Origin: Ionaspis alba
Taxonomy: Eukaryota
Assembly: GCA_964255285.1 (NCBI GenBank)
Contig: CAXUUL010000015.1
Coordinates: 47,960-67,959, forward strand
DNA: 20,000 bases
Reading direction: 5' to 3'
Each line of letters starts with the position of its first letter. The stretch's first letter is position 1. The notes beneath the pieces were generated by a model. The model saw only the letters and a list, made by a program, of their open reading frames with translations. It was not told the origin of the DNA and did no database searches. Positions 1-9,843 of the stretch are shown piece after piece. The translations under genes and the position numbers were made by a program.

Positions 1-82
1 TCGTGACCCAATTTTCCAGTGCTTCTAGTTTGACTGACAGCCTCTTCTGTGTGGCAATGAGCACGCTACAACCGTTTCCGTC

Positions 83-1855
83 ATGTTCTTCAATACTGTC
101 GTCCTTGCCATCCACAATCCTTCCCATGCCTTGCTCCTTCTCACGCTCTCCGCTGCCAGCTGTGTAAGCTTCCACTATCTGGACTACAAGCTCAATTGCT
201 GATAGGAGCAGCTCCTTGCCTTCGTAATCTACCGCCTTCACTTCCACCCTCTAGCCCAATACCCAGGTCCTCTCCTTGGCCGCGTGACAGACCTCTACTC
301 GGTCTACCACGCCTGGACCGGACATCGACACCTCAATTTCTACCATCTCCACCAGAAGTACGGCGATATAGTCCGCTATGGCCCGAATTCCATCTCCATA
401 AACACAAACACTGCCTTGCAGAGCATTTACAGTTTCAAAGCCAATGTCCGGAAAGCCAGTTTCTACTCGGTCTTCCCGGCTTCCAAAGGAGCATGGAGCA
501 CTCACAGTGCCATTGACAAGAGCCTTCATGCTCGGAAGCGGAGAGTGCTCTCGCAAGCATTCTCCGACAGTGCGATGAGAGGGCTGCAGCCGCACATCCT
601 GCAAGTCATTGAGACGTTCTGCTGTGCCGTGGGCGATTTCGCTGCTGGAACAGATTTGGACAGTATGAAGCAAGATGCATGGTCTAAGCCAAAGAATATG
701 GCCGCTTGGGCAAATTATATGTCCTATGACGTCCTCGGCGACATTTGCTACGGTGCCAGCTTCGACACTTTGACCAGGGACACCAATCGCTTTGCCGTCA
801 AGCTCGTACAGACCAGCTCCCGTTTCCACTATCTGACAGCTCAGATGCCGGTCCTCAAAAAGCTCGGACTTGATCGTCTACTTTTCGGGGATATGAGAAC
901 AGAGAGGCAGAGGTTCATGGGCTATAGCCGTGCGAGGTTGGCAGAGAGGATGACATTGGGCGTGGACAACGAGAGGAGAGACTTCTTCTACTATCTTCTG
1001 AAAGCTCGGGACCCAGAAACGGGACAAGGCTTTGGTACACAGGAGCTTTGGGGCGAAAGTAACGTTCTTTTGATTGCAGGTACTTCATTCGCTCCGTCCT
1101 ACACATCCCTCCTTCAGTGAGCTCTACTTTTTCGCAGAGAAGTCTTTGTGCTCTTCTCGCTAATTGAGCTGTCTCCCTTAGGGTCGGACACAACATCCAC
1201 AGCCCTCTCCTCCACCCTGCACCACCTCTTGTACTCCCCTTTCCATCTCACTCATCTGACCAATCTCGTTCGGCACACCTTCTCTGATCTCGCATCCATT
1301 ACTCCAAACGCTGTCAATCACCTCCTCTACCTCCGTGCCTGCATTGACGAAAGCATGCGCCTAGCGCCGCCTGTGCCTGCACTCCTGCCTCGTGAAACTC
1401 TCACTGGCGGAATTGATATCGATAGTCACCACTTTCCAGCTGGCACTGTCGTTGGCGTGCCCACCTATGCCTTACATCATAAGGAAGAGTATTTTCCCTT
1501 GGCTTTCACGTTTAAGCCTGAGCGGTGGCTTCACGAGGACCCTGATGCTGACGCTGATCCGGCGATGAACGGCCACATGGAAGAGAAACGAGACATGATA
1601 GGCGATGATAAAGTGGCCATCGAGAGTTTAAAGCTTGCTCAGTCAGCTTTCTGTCCTTTCAGTATTGGTCCAAGAGGGTGCATTGGGAAGGGAGTAGCAT
1701 ATGCGGAGGTGGGAGTTGCGGTTGCAAGGTTGTTGTGGTTGTACGATTTGAGACTCGTTGAGGAGGCACCCATGGGGTGCAGAGGTTATGCTATCAGGGA
1801 TCTATTCGTAGCTGGGAAGGATGGTCCAGTCGTACAGTTCCGGCTGAGACTCTAA
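83..1855 (+). CDS. Cytochrome P450 monooxygenase, 3 exons (83-163, 212-1079, 1182-1855), ~540 aa
   Basis: Splicing GTAAGC..CAG (164-211) and GTACTT..GCTAAT..TAG (1080-1181) gives one frame. It has a hydrophobic N-terminus, HPLAQYPGP hinge, I-helix AGSDTT, ExxR (ESMR), PERW and heme motif FSIGPRGCIG. CYP family not assigned. Confidence 0.95.
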
Positions 1856-2230
1856 GGGATGTGAAGCAGTAGTCAAAGGTCAAGACGTGGCCGAGAGTGC
1901 GATGACGGGAGCGTGGATTATCGTCAGCGAAGCATGACCATTGTAGTTCTAATTTAATCTTCAGCTCTATATCTTGACTGGCCTATGGAAACGAACGTGC
2001 TAGGTTTTGGCCCGGCTACCCTTTTGACAGCGCACCGATTGCTCTAATCAAGCATGAAATGCCAAGAGAAAGTCCCGTGCTTTCTTGTGGGTAAAGCACC
2101 AGTTATTCTGTGCACTTTTGTTTTAAACTGTCCGTAGACCTCAAATTCGGGTGTAGACCTAGACTTCAGAATTGTAACGACAGCCAAGCCCTCAATGCCA
2201 ACGGTGAACGGAGAACGACCGAAAGGTAAA

Positions 2231-4647
2231 CTATGTGATGATGATCCATTCGTCGGCTATTTTCTCACCAATTTCGATACATTTTATAAGAGAAGCTTCG
2301 TTTTGAATGACTGGAAACGCTTGGGGCAAGGAAAGCTGGTAGAGGCTGGCTATAGTATCTTGGCACGTCCTGGCTATTAGCTTTCTAATGGGTTTCCTCG
2401 GATACCGTTGCATAGGGCGTCCTGAGAAGGGCAAGATCCATTGAAGTAGATTGAGCATCTCCGGTTGGTTTACCAGCANNNNNNNNNNNNNNNNNNNNNN
2501 NNNNNNNNNNNNNNNNNNNNNNNNNNNNNNNNNNNNNNNNNNNNNNNNNNNNNNNNNNNNNNNNNNNNNNNNNNNNNNGAGAAGGGCAAGATCCATTGAA
2601 GTAGATTGAGCATCTCCGGTTGGTTTACCAGCAATTTTCTCGCTAGTCCTTCTTCATCATGGGTAGTCATAATGTGTTCAATCCCCATCTGTTTGGCTAT
2701 GACTAGGCCGTCGGAAACATTGATCCACGAAAACTCTCGTGCGATCTTGCTGCTATTATTTGATAATAACACGGCATTATTTTTGCCAGGAGATGGTACG
2801 GTGCTCGTCGTGAAATTCAATATGGTTTTGACGGCCATTGCCGTGCCCGTAACGCTAGATAAGACTTCCAAGCCCACATATTGATGAGCTGGCTGGATCA
2901 CAGGTCTCACAAACCTATCGTCTGCAAATAGTTGGACAGCACCTGTAGAATCGATTTGAGTTCCTTTTTCAGCATACATTTCCATCACGACTGAAAATCG
3001 TTCTGCGCCTTTCCTTATGGCTCCATGCCGAATTTCAAGACTGAATCCAGACTTCGTCCTACATCTTGGCTCTGAAATGAGGGAAGGGTATATAACGTGG
3101 CCGTTTCTGCTTAGAATGAGTGGTTCTATGCCGGGGCCGGGCCCTTGACCTTGAGCAAATGGACACAACAGACTCAGGATGAGGTTCCGGAGGGCATGAA
3201 TCGAAACGGGAAGCTTAAGCAAGAATCGTGCGACTATATCATGAGAGAGCTGCCCTTCATAAATTGATGTGCCAAGGGCCTCAGCGCCTTCCCAGCTGGA
3301 AACGCTGTCTCGTGCAACAAATACAAGAGCGTCAGCGGCAAGATTGACAGCAAATTCCATGCACTGTTTCATAATCGGGTGATCAAGAAAGGATCCATGT
3401 AGTTCAGTCGCGAGCTTGCAAAGATGTTCCTCGAACATAGTCTCAACCACATCAGTTGTGTCCTGTCCCGGGCATTCCCACCTCTGAAGAAGTTGACAGA
3501 GCTCAACCTGACCTGGGATGAGTTCATCTACAGACTAGCCATACTGCAGCATGATCGTGGGGTACTCTTCACAAAACCAGGTCCCGGCTACCTCAAGCAA
3601 CGACGTGACAGGAGTTTTCCCGACCTCCGTAGGGAGGTGTTTTCCAATTCCGCCATGGAATAGGCTGCCACATTCCACGAATAAACGCAGAACTGCTCCT
3701 GCGAAATGACCGATAATAGAAGTTTGCGACGCAGAGAGTTTGTAGAGACTTTGAAAACGATGTTTGGTGACCATTCGTGATGCGCATGTCCTAACCACAA
3801 GTTCTGAACCAGCAGAGATCAAAGTCTGCAGGGAAGATTCTCTTTTCCACTCAACAATCTCCCAGTCATAAAGCGTAGTGATAGGAAGGCCCAATTCTAT
3901 CACAACTCGAGATTCTTGGGGACCAATGATCTGACAACCTCCAGCAACAACACAAACAGTATCTGGTATTATCCAGGTGAGAATTGCGATTAGCCACATG
4001 GCGGAGGTCGCCCCGTTGAGGGATACACGCTTGACATCGGCATTTTGAAGACTTGTAAAAGTATGGGTAAGAATATCTGCTAGTGCCTCGGTGGAGATCT
4101 CCTTGTAAAGGACTTGTCGGGTAGCATCATCGATGCCGGCAGAGAGAATTGCGCTACCTATTTCACACAGGTGATTGACGGGTAATATTGTCCCTGCATG
4201 CCCTGCGACCGCATCAACAGCGTCGCAGAACTGTTGCGACGAAGCAGGCCAACGAGAGATGACACCAGACTTGACTGCCATTCTGTGGAGGATTATGCCG
4301 ACGTCGTTGTCAATGTGCCACAATTTCAACGCACAGATCAGAAGGAACACTGCCAAACCTGGAGTCGTCTGGCGAAGATGTAGAGCAGTTCCACCGATTC
4401 TCAAGCCAATGGCAAGCTTGAGGTTCTCTAATTTGACATTCTTCGTCCCACCCAGTGCATCCACTGCAGTCCCAATCAGTTCAGGGGACGGATGTATGAT
4501 GCTTCCGAGGGCACATAATGCAAGTACGGCTTGAGGTTGGACATTGTCTTCGGATGCAGCTGCGATCAATTCTAGCAATTTTTGGCTGGAGGCGATAGAG
4601 GTCGCTGAAACATCCCATTGTTTCTGAACAGCATCAGAGCTCGACAT
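2231..4647 (-). pseudogene. Intronless fungal protein of unknown function (~753 codons after closing the artefactual gap), interrupted by one in-frame TAG at 3535-3537; pseudogene, nonsense allele or base error
   Basis: ORFs 3535-4647 and 2470-3450 are in the same frame and the intervening 84 nt are open (QYG*SVDELIPGQVELCQLLQRWECPGQDTTDVVETM). Collapsing the 55-bp duplication around the gap continues the frame to ...LQWILPFSGRPMQ...EWIIIT* at 2231. Confidence 0.7.
2424..2633. other. Scaffold gap (100 N, 2479-2578) with identical 55-bp flanks; assembly artefact
   Basis: 2424-2478 is identical to 2579-2633. Removing the Ns and one copy restores the reading frame. Confidence 0.92.
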
Positions 4648-5213
4648 AGCGGAGTCGAAGGATCGGGGTCCCCTGGCACAGACGTTCCCTTCCAGCGTGG
4701 CAGACTCGACACATTGTCAAGGAGAGCTGAGATCTATATACTCTTCCAGGCTCTAATCTTACCCATTGGCAATGGCCTGCTGACAACGATCTGCGAATAG
4801 CCGTCAAACCATTCCGCATTGCAGACGCCTGGACCCCAGCATGTGTGACAGCCTCCTTGGAGGACATCATTGGGCAAATCAATGCCCTCAGCGGCAGCGA
4901 AGTGCCTTTTTCCATTGAAGCCTAATTCCAGGTTTGTTGCCTCGACAAATTCTTATCGAGTGTGTGGACCGTGACATGATGTGATGGTACCCGTTGTGCA
5001 CAAACTTCGTTGGTGTTCGTTCAATCCGTCCGTCTGAATTGTCATTTATGGTTGAGGGTTGTTGCGACTCAAGCGTCTCGAGCACGGTCCCTCTATCGGC
5101 TACAGTAGCCTAGTTAACTTCCACTTGTCTCGCCCCCGTCCATCTTCCGCCATCATCGAAAATTCTTATCTCTAAGCTTCAAACTTTGCATTTCCATCGG
5201 CGAAATCGTCGAA

Positions 5214-5608
5214 ATGTCTTTTTACGAAGAGGTTGAAATCGAGGATATGGAGTACGACTTTGACGACCAAAAATACTACTCCCCTTGCCNNNNNNNNNNN
5301 NNNNNNNNNNNNNNNNNNNNNNNNNNNNNNNNNNNNNNNNNNNNNNNNNNNNNNNNNNNNNNNNNNNNNNNNNNNNNNNNNNNNNNNNNGAAATCGAGGA
5401 TATGGAGTACGACTTTGACGACCAAAAATACTACTCCCCTTGCCCCTGCGGTGACAGATTCGAAATCAGCCTTCGAGATCTTAGCGAAGGCCACGATGTC
5501 GCCGTCTGTCCGACTTGCAGTCTTATGATCAAGGTTATTTTCGATATGGATGACTTGCCGAAACTCAAGACAGAAGTATTGGGACAGCAAGTGGTTGTCA
5601 AGGCTTGA
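5214..5608 (+). CDS. DPH3: Diphthamide biosynthesis protein 3 / Kti11 (CSL zinc finger), 79 aa after closing the gap (5214-5289 + 5445-5608)
   Basis: [15 protein letters not shown]...[10 protein letters not shown]...[15 protein letters not shown] carries the diagnostic CPCG and CxxCSL motifs. Confidence 0.95.
5235..5444. other. Scaffold gap (100 N, 5290-5389) with identical 55-bp flanks; assembly artefact
   Basis: 5235-5289 is identical to 5390-5444. Collapsing them gives an intact DPH3 ORF. Confidence 0.92.
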
Positions 5609-6221
5609 GATGAGACAAAAAGAAGGCGCATACTTCGAAGACACGAGATAAATGATTGGAACGCCGCAGACGCAAGAAATTCGGGGATACGGCCCGGCGC
5701 CGAATGGACTATCATCATGGGACCGACACGCTACATTTGGGCATCTGATGGAAGAATCTTGGTCCACGAAGCTAATCGTCACCGACACTGAGTGAGGGGA
5801 GGCGAAAAGGATAACTGCAGGACGGTCGAGAGTATCGTTGACAGGAGGAAGGGCAGTGAGACCAGAACATTGTGGATTGTCAGCATTGCCTAAAACATCG
5901 AATATCTATGAACGCCATCACTCGAGGACAACAGCCATATCGCAAATCGGATCGCCAATTCCGAAGAGTTCTGACCTGGCTTTTGGTGTTTAAGATTCAG
6001 TGTCGACGGCTGATCACCGCAGCAAGCTGTTTGATAAATCAAGCTATTCACTTAAGCAATGGCTGAGATGCATGCGTTGGGAGATATATGAGGTATTAGC
6101 TCTGTGGAAGCTGCTGGTCATATTGTGTACTTGCGCAGTGAAATCCCTACCATACAAGTGGTTACTTTGTATCGATCAAGCATGTAACATAGTCTTTGGC
6201 TCTACAACATTGTCGAAGTCA

Positions 6222-6912
6222 TTAGTTGACACCCCTAAGACCAAAAGGTCCAACTCCCAAGAATCCTCCCCCTCCTCTTCCACCAGAATCTCCCGGTCTC
6301 TTAACCACCTTCCCTTGTTCCCTAACCCCCTTGACCACCCTATCCAATCCTGTTTCTATCACCACACCACCTACAATCATCTCTCCAAGCACCGCATGTA
6401 GTGTTTCGAAATTGAAGATCAAATCCAGCTCGCAGACGTTCTCGAACAGCGCATCTAGAGCTTCGACAAACACTTGAATCAAGTCCAGTAAAGCAAGAGG
6501 TGATTCCGTGGATGTGGAGATGAGGATGAAGTAGAGGGTTGCGTAATGGCGGTATGTTATGAGGGAGGGTGCGTCATTGTGTTGTGTGTTTGGTTGTGGG
6601 GAAGTTGAGGCAGGGGCTAGAAGCGGCGGGAGTCTGCAGGGCAAATCAGTTCGGCTGTGAAATCGACTGGGCAAACAGTAAGGAAAGTGCGACGGCATAC
6701 GGAAGGAAGTTGCAAGAGGAGTTTGGGCGGTTGGCTACAAGTGTGAATATCTCGGATATAAGCCGTTGCTGCACCGAGGTGTCCTGGCAAGAACCCACCC
6801 ATTAGTATATATGAACCTCAGCAGGCCAGTCAGTGCCACTTACAAGCTGTGTATAGAACTTGGTTAACCGGGGCTGTCCAGTGTTGTTGAACACCAGGAC
6901 CGCGTTGATCAT
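6222..6912 (-). CDS. APS3: AP-3 adaptor complex sigma subunit, 3 exons (6912-6844, 6783-6701, 6633-6222), 187 aa
   Basis: MINAVLVFNNTGQPRLTKFYTQL|DTSVQQRLISEIFTLVANRPNSSCNFLP|LPP...YRHYATLYF...ESPLALLDLIQVFVEALD...FENVCELDLIFNF...GGVVIET. Canonical GTAAGT and GTATGC donors with CAG acceptors. Confidence 0.95.
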
Positions 6913-6961
6913 GGCGATTCTCACTCATCCACGGGCTTGTCAAAGCCCTCAAGCAGCAAAA

Positions 6962-7061
6962 NNNNNNNNNNNNNNNNNNNNNNNNNNNNNNNNNNNNNNN
7001 NNNNNNNNNNNNNNNNNNNNNNNNNNNNNNNNNNNNNNNNNNNNNNNNNNNNNNNNNNNNN
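6962..7061. other. Scaffold gap (100 N) with non-duplicated flanks; real missing sequence
   Basis: The flanks do not overlap, and the frataxin N-terminus is absent from the visible sequence. Confidence 0.85.
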
Positions 7062-7550
7062 CCAACCATGCGACTGAGCCAAGCGGACTTTCGATATCTG
7101 AATACCACAAGCGTGCAGACACCTACATAGACGCATTGGTCGCTGAGCTCGAAGAATTGCAGGAGGAGAGGGAGGATGTGGATGTTGAGTACAGCGTATG
7201 ATCTTCCTTGTCGGTCTTGTACTTATCCTTTTTATGATACTATTTATTGCATCACCTATCCCAGTGATGTACCAGATTTCCACTCTACACTCAATTAATA
7301 TTTTATGTAAATGTAGGCCGGCGTCTTGACTCTGATCTTCCCACCACTCGGAACCTACGTCTTGAACAAACAGCCACCGAACAAGCAGATATGGTTGAGC
7401 TCGCCAGTCAGTGGACCAAAGCGGTATGACTATGTGAGCCCGGCAGATGGAGGAGGTGATGGAGCAGGGGAGTGGGTGTATCTAAGAGATGGCAGTACGC
7501 TGAGTGGTCTACTGCGGACTGAGGTTGGTGTTGGACTAGAGCTAGCGTGA
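7062..7550 (+). CDS. YFH1: Frataxin (Yfh1/CyaY family), 5'-partial; visible exons <7062-7195 and 7317-7550
   Basis: [13 protein letters not shown]...[43 protein letters not shown]...[14 protein letters not shown] is the hallmark frataxin motif. Intron GTATGA..TAG at 7196-7316. Confidence 0.95.
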
Positions 7551-7916
7551 GAATCGCACAGCTGGCACGGTTTCAAGAGTGGGGTATGGAGCCTGCGTGT
7601 TGTGATGAACACATGTGATGAGGATGAATGCATAGCGTGGTGTTGGCTGTCCGGATCTTAACAGCAAGTGTGGAGTCCATTGGAGTTGTGTCATGATCTG
7701 TACATAACAGACGCCTACATATGAGATGATATGCAAAAATCCCATGCATCGAACGTGACTTTTTCCCCCTAAGAGAACTGGTGTTCTGTGTCCAAAGCAC
7801 TCGCGATCCATGGTATTTAGCTCCCTGTAATTGAAGCAGCCACCACTCCATTGACCAGTCATAACGCCTGCACCATTCACTTGCCCGTCCTCTATAGTCC
7901 CAAGACCTCAATGAGC

Positions 7917-9076
7917 TCATGAAGGAGCATGACTAAACAAAAAGCTCACACTCTCCCCATTATGCGTCCTTCGACACGCTTCTGCCAGCGTCGGACTAAT
8001 ATCAATAGTCTCCAACCTCGAACATTTCTCCTTCTTCTCCTCATGCGGCACTGTATTCGTGACTACCACTCTGGCCAATTGGCTTCCATTCAGTGTTTCA
8101 ATTGCTTTTCCACTTAGAATGCCATGTGTGACAATAGCCACCACTTCCTTGGCTCCATGCGCCATTATGGTATCAGCCGCTTTTACGAGTGTGCCGCAGG
8201 TGTCTGCCATGTCGTCCACTATGATGGCTATTTTGTTTTTGACATCGCCGACGAGGACCATACGAGAGACTTCGTTGGGTCGAGAGCGTTCTTTGTGTAT
8301 CAGGGCGAAGGGAAGGTCGAGCCGATCAGCTATTGATGTTGCTCTGTTGACGGAGATCAGCCTTTCCATTCCAGTTCTGGACTTAAGATCACGATGATCC
8401 TGTGTCGTACGTACCTCTTTGCGCCTCCGGCGTCTGGGCTAACGATAACCGCCTTCTGCACATCCAGATTTGATCTGATCCACCTTAACGTACTTGGTTC
8501 AGCATAGAGATTGTCCACAGGCACATTAAAAAATCCTTGGATCTGACTGGCGTGCAGATCCATGGTAATTATATGGTTGCATCCTGCTGTCTGCAGCATA
8601 TTGGCCATCAGTTTCGCCGTTATTGGTGCTCGAGATTTGTCTTTTTTGTCTTGGCGGGCATATGGAAAGTTGGGAATCACGGCTGTGATTCGCCGTGCCG
8701 AGGCGGTCTTGCATGCAGAGATTATAATAAGAAGTTCCATTATGCCGTCATTTATGTCGCCGGGGGCGGTGGTTTGGAGGACAAACACTGGGAAAAGAGG
8801 TGTAAGCGGGAACGGACATGATTAGAGAGAAGTAGGATCAATAGTAGCAGAGGATATTACCATCTTCATCACGGACTGATTCACCAATAGTCACCGAGGT
8901 TTCTTGGTTGGAGTACTGGAGGACCATGATCTTAGTCAATTCAATGCCCAGACTGGAACATCGCATTAGTGGGGCTCGAGTCTCGTTTGCAGATGTGAGA
9001 CATACTGGTCGGCCACCAACTTGGCTAATTGAGGGTGACTGTTGCCAGTCAGAAGTTTGATAGAGTTGGTCGCCAT
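7917..9076 (-). CDS. PRS3: Ribose-phosphate pyrophosphokinase (PRPP synthetase, Prs3-like), 4 exons (9076-9006, 8952-8861, 8787-8415, 8343-7917), 320 aa
   Basis: [60 protein letters not shown] and PRPP-binding [12 protein letters not shown]. Three canonical introns keep the frame. Paralog number inferred from the N-terminus and length. Confidence 0.93.
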
Positions 9077-9843
9077 ATTCGGCGCGTTCGAAGAATGTTC
9101 AAGGTCTCATGGTGATACGAGAAGGATCAGGTCAGGATCGAGAAAAGCTGACGGAATGCCGATGACCTGACAGCCGAGATTCACCCGGTGACCCACGTGG
9201 CGCCGAGGGTGTTGAGAGCACAGACCTTCGAGCACAGCAAAGGTTCATATAATCTCAGCGTTGTCTCCTTTCCCAACGACACAAGACTAGTGCCAGATCC
9301 TTTCATAACTGAAAGCAAGTCATAATATAGAGATATGCTCATCCCGAGCTATAGTATTTGTTCTTCTGTTCAGCATCTTATTCACCATGCATGATCCCCA
9401 AAACTTCCAACTTATATACTTTGCTCCAATCCTCTCTAAGCTCCTTAGGATTCCATCAAAATCTCTATCGATCGCCAGAGAGTACTAGTATATACAGATA
9501 CCCGTCAAGTTTCTTTGAAATGACTTCACTGGTAAAGAATAGGAGTATCGAGAGGATGCCACCCGTTCCACCAGCGTCTGAACAAAGGGGCTGACGAGCG
9601 CCAATCTTCATCGTGAGGCTCAGATTCGACTTCAGCATGTGCACAAATACTATTACATGGCGATCAGGATGTCGGGAAAATCTGGACAATGTTTTTGGTG
9701 GTTATCAGAACCACAAATAGCGTGCTGTACAGAAGTTCGAACAGAAAGCTGGGTATTCTATAGATCAAGAAACTCCATGCCGCAAATGCCATACCCATCC
9801 TTATTTCCGTCCAGTCCATGCATGACCCAAAACATAACAGCAT

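Noticed and set aside
1079..1181. Possible [D1,2] stwintron in P450 intron 2 (removing 1080-1117 would create the donor G|TGAGCT)
   Set aside because: The internal intron would be only 38 nt with no CTRAY branch site, and two-step splicing would remove one extra base and frameshift the AGSDTT motif. A single intron gives the correct frame.
2424..5444. 55-bp direct repeats as transposon target-site duplications or CRISPR-like repeats
   Set aside because: The two pairs are unrelated in sequence, each abuts a 100-N gap, and collapsing them restores reading frames. They are assembly overlaps.
6860..6961. Frataxin starting at ATG 6911, overlapping the APS3 start codon
   Set aside because: It is in frame only if the placeholder gap is exactly 100 nt, and it would leave no promoter for either gene.
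5214..7550. DPH3 plus frataxin as an iron/Fe-S functional cluster
   Set aside because: They act in different compartments and are separated by the unrelated APS3 gene; proximity is the only evidence.
9340..9690. Stop-riddled minus-strand frame (GGILSILLFF...GDR*RF*WNPKELREDWSKVYK) as a pseudogene relic
   Set aside because: No recognisable homology or splice structure; indistinguishable from intergenic sequence by eye.
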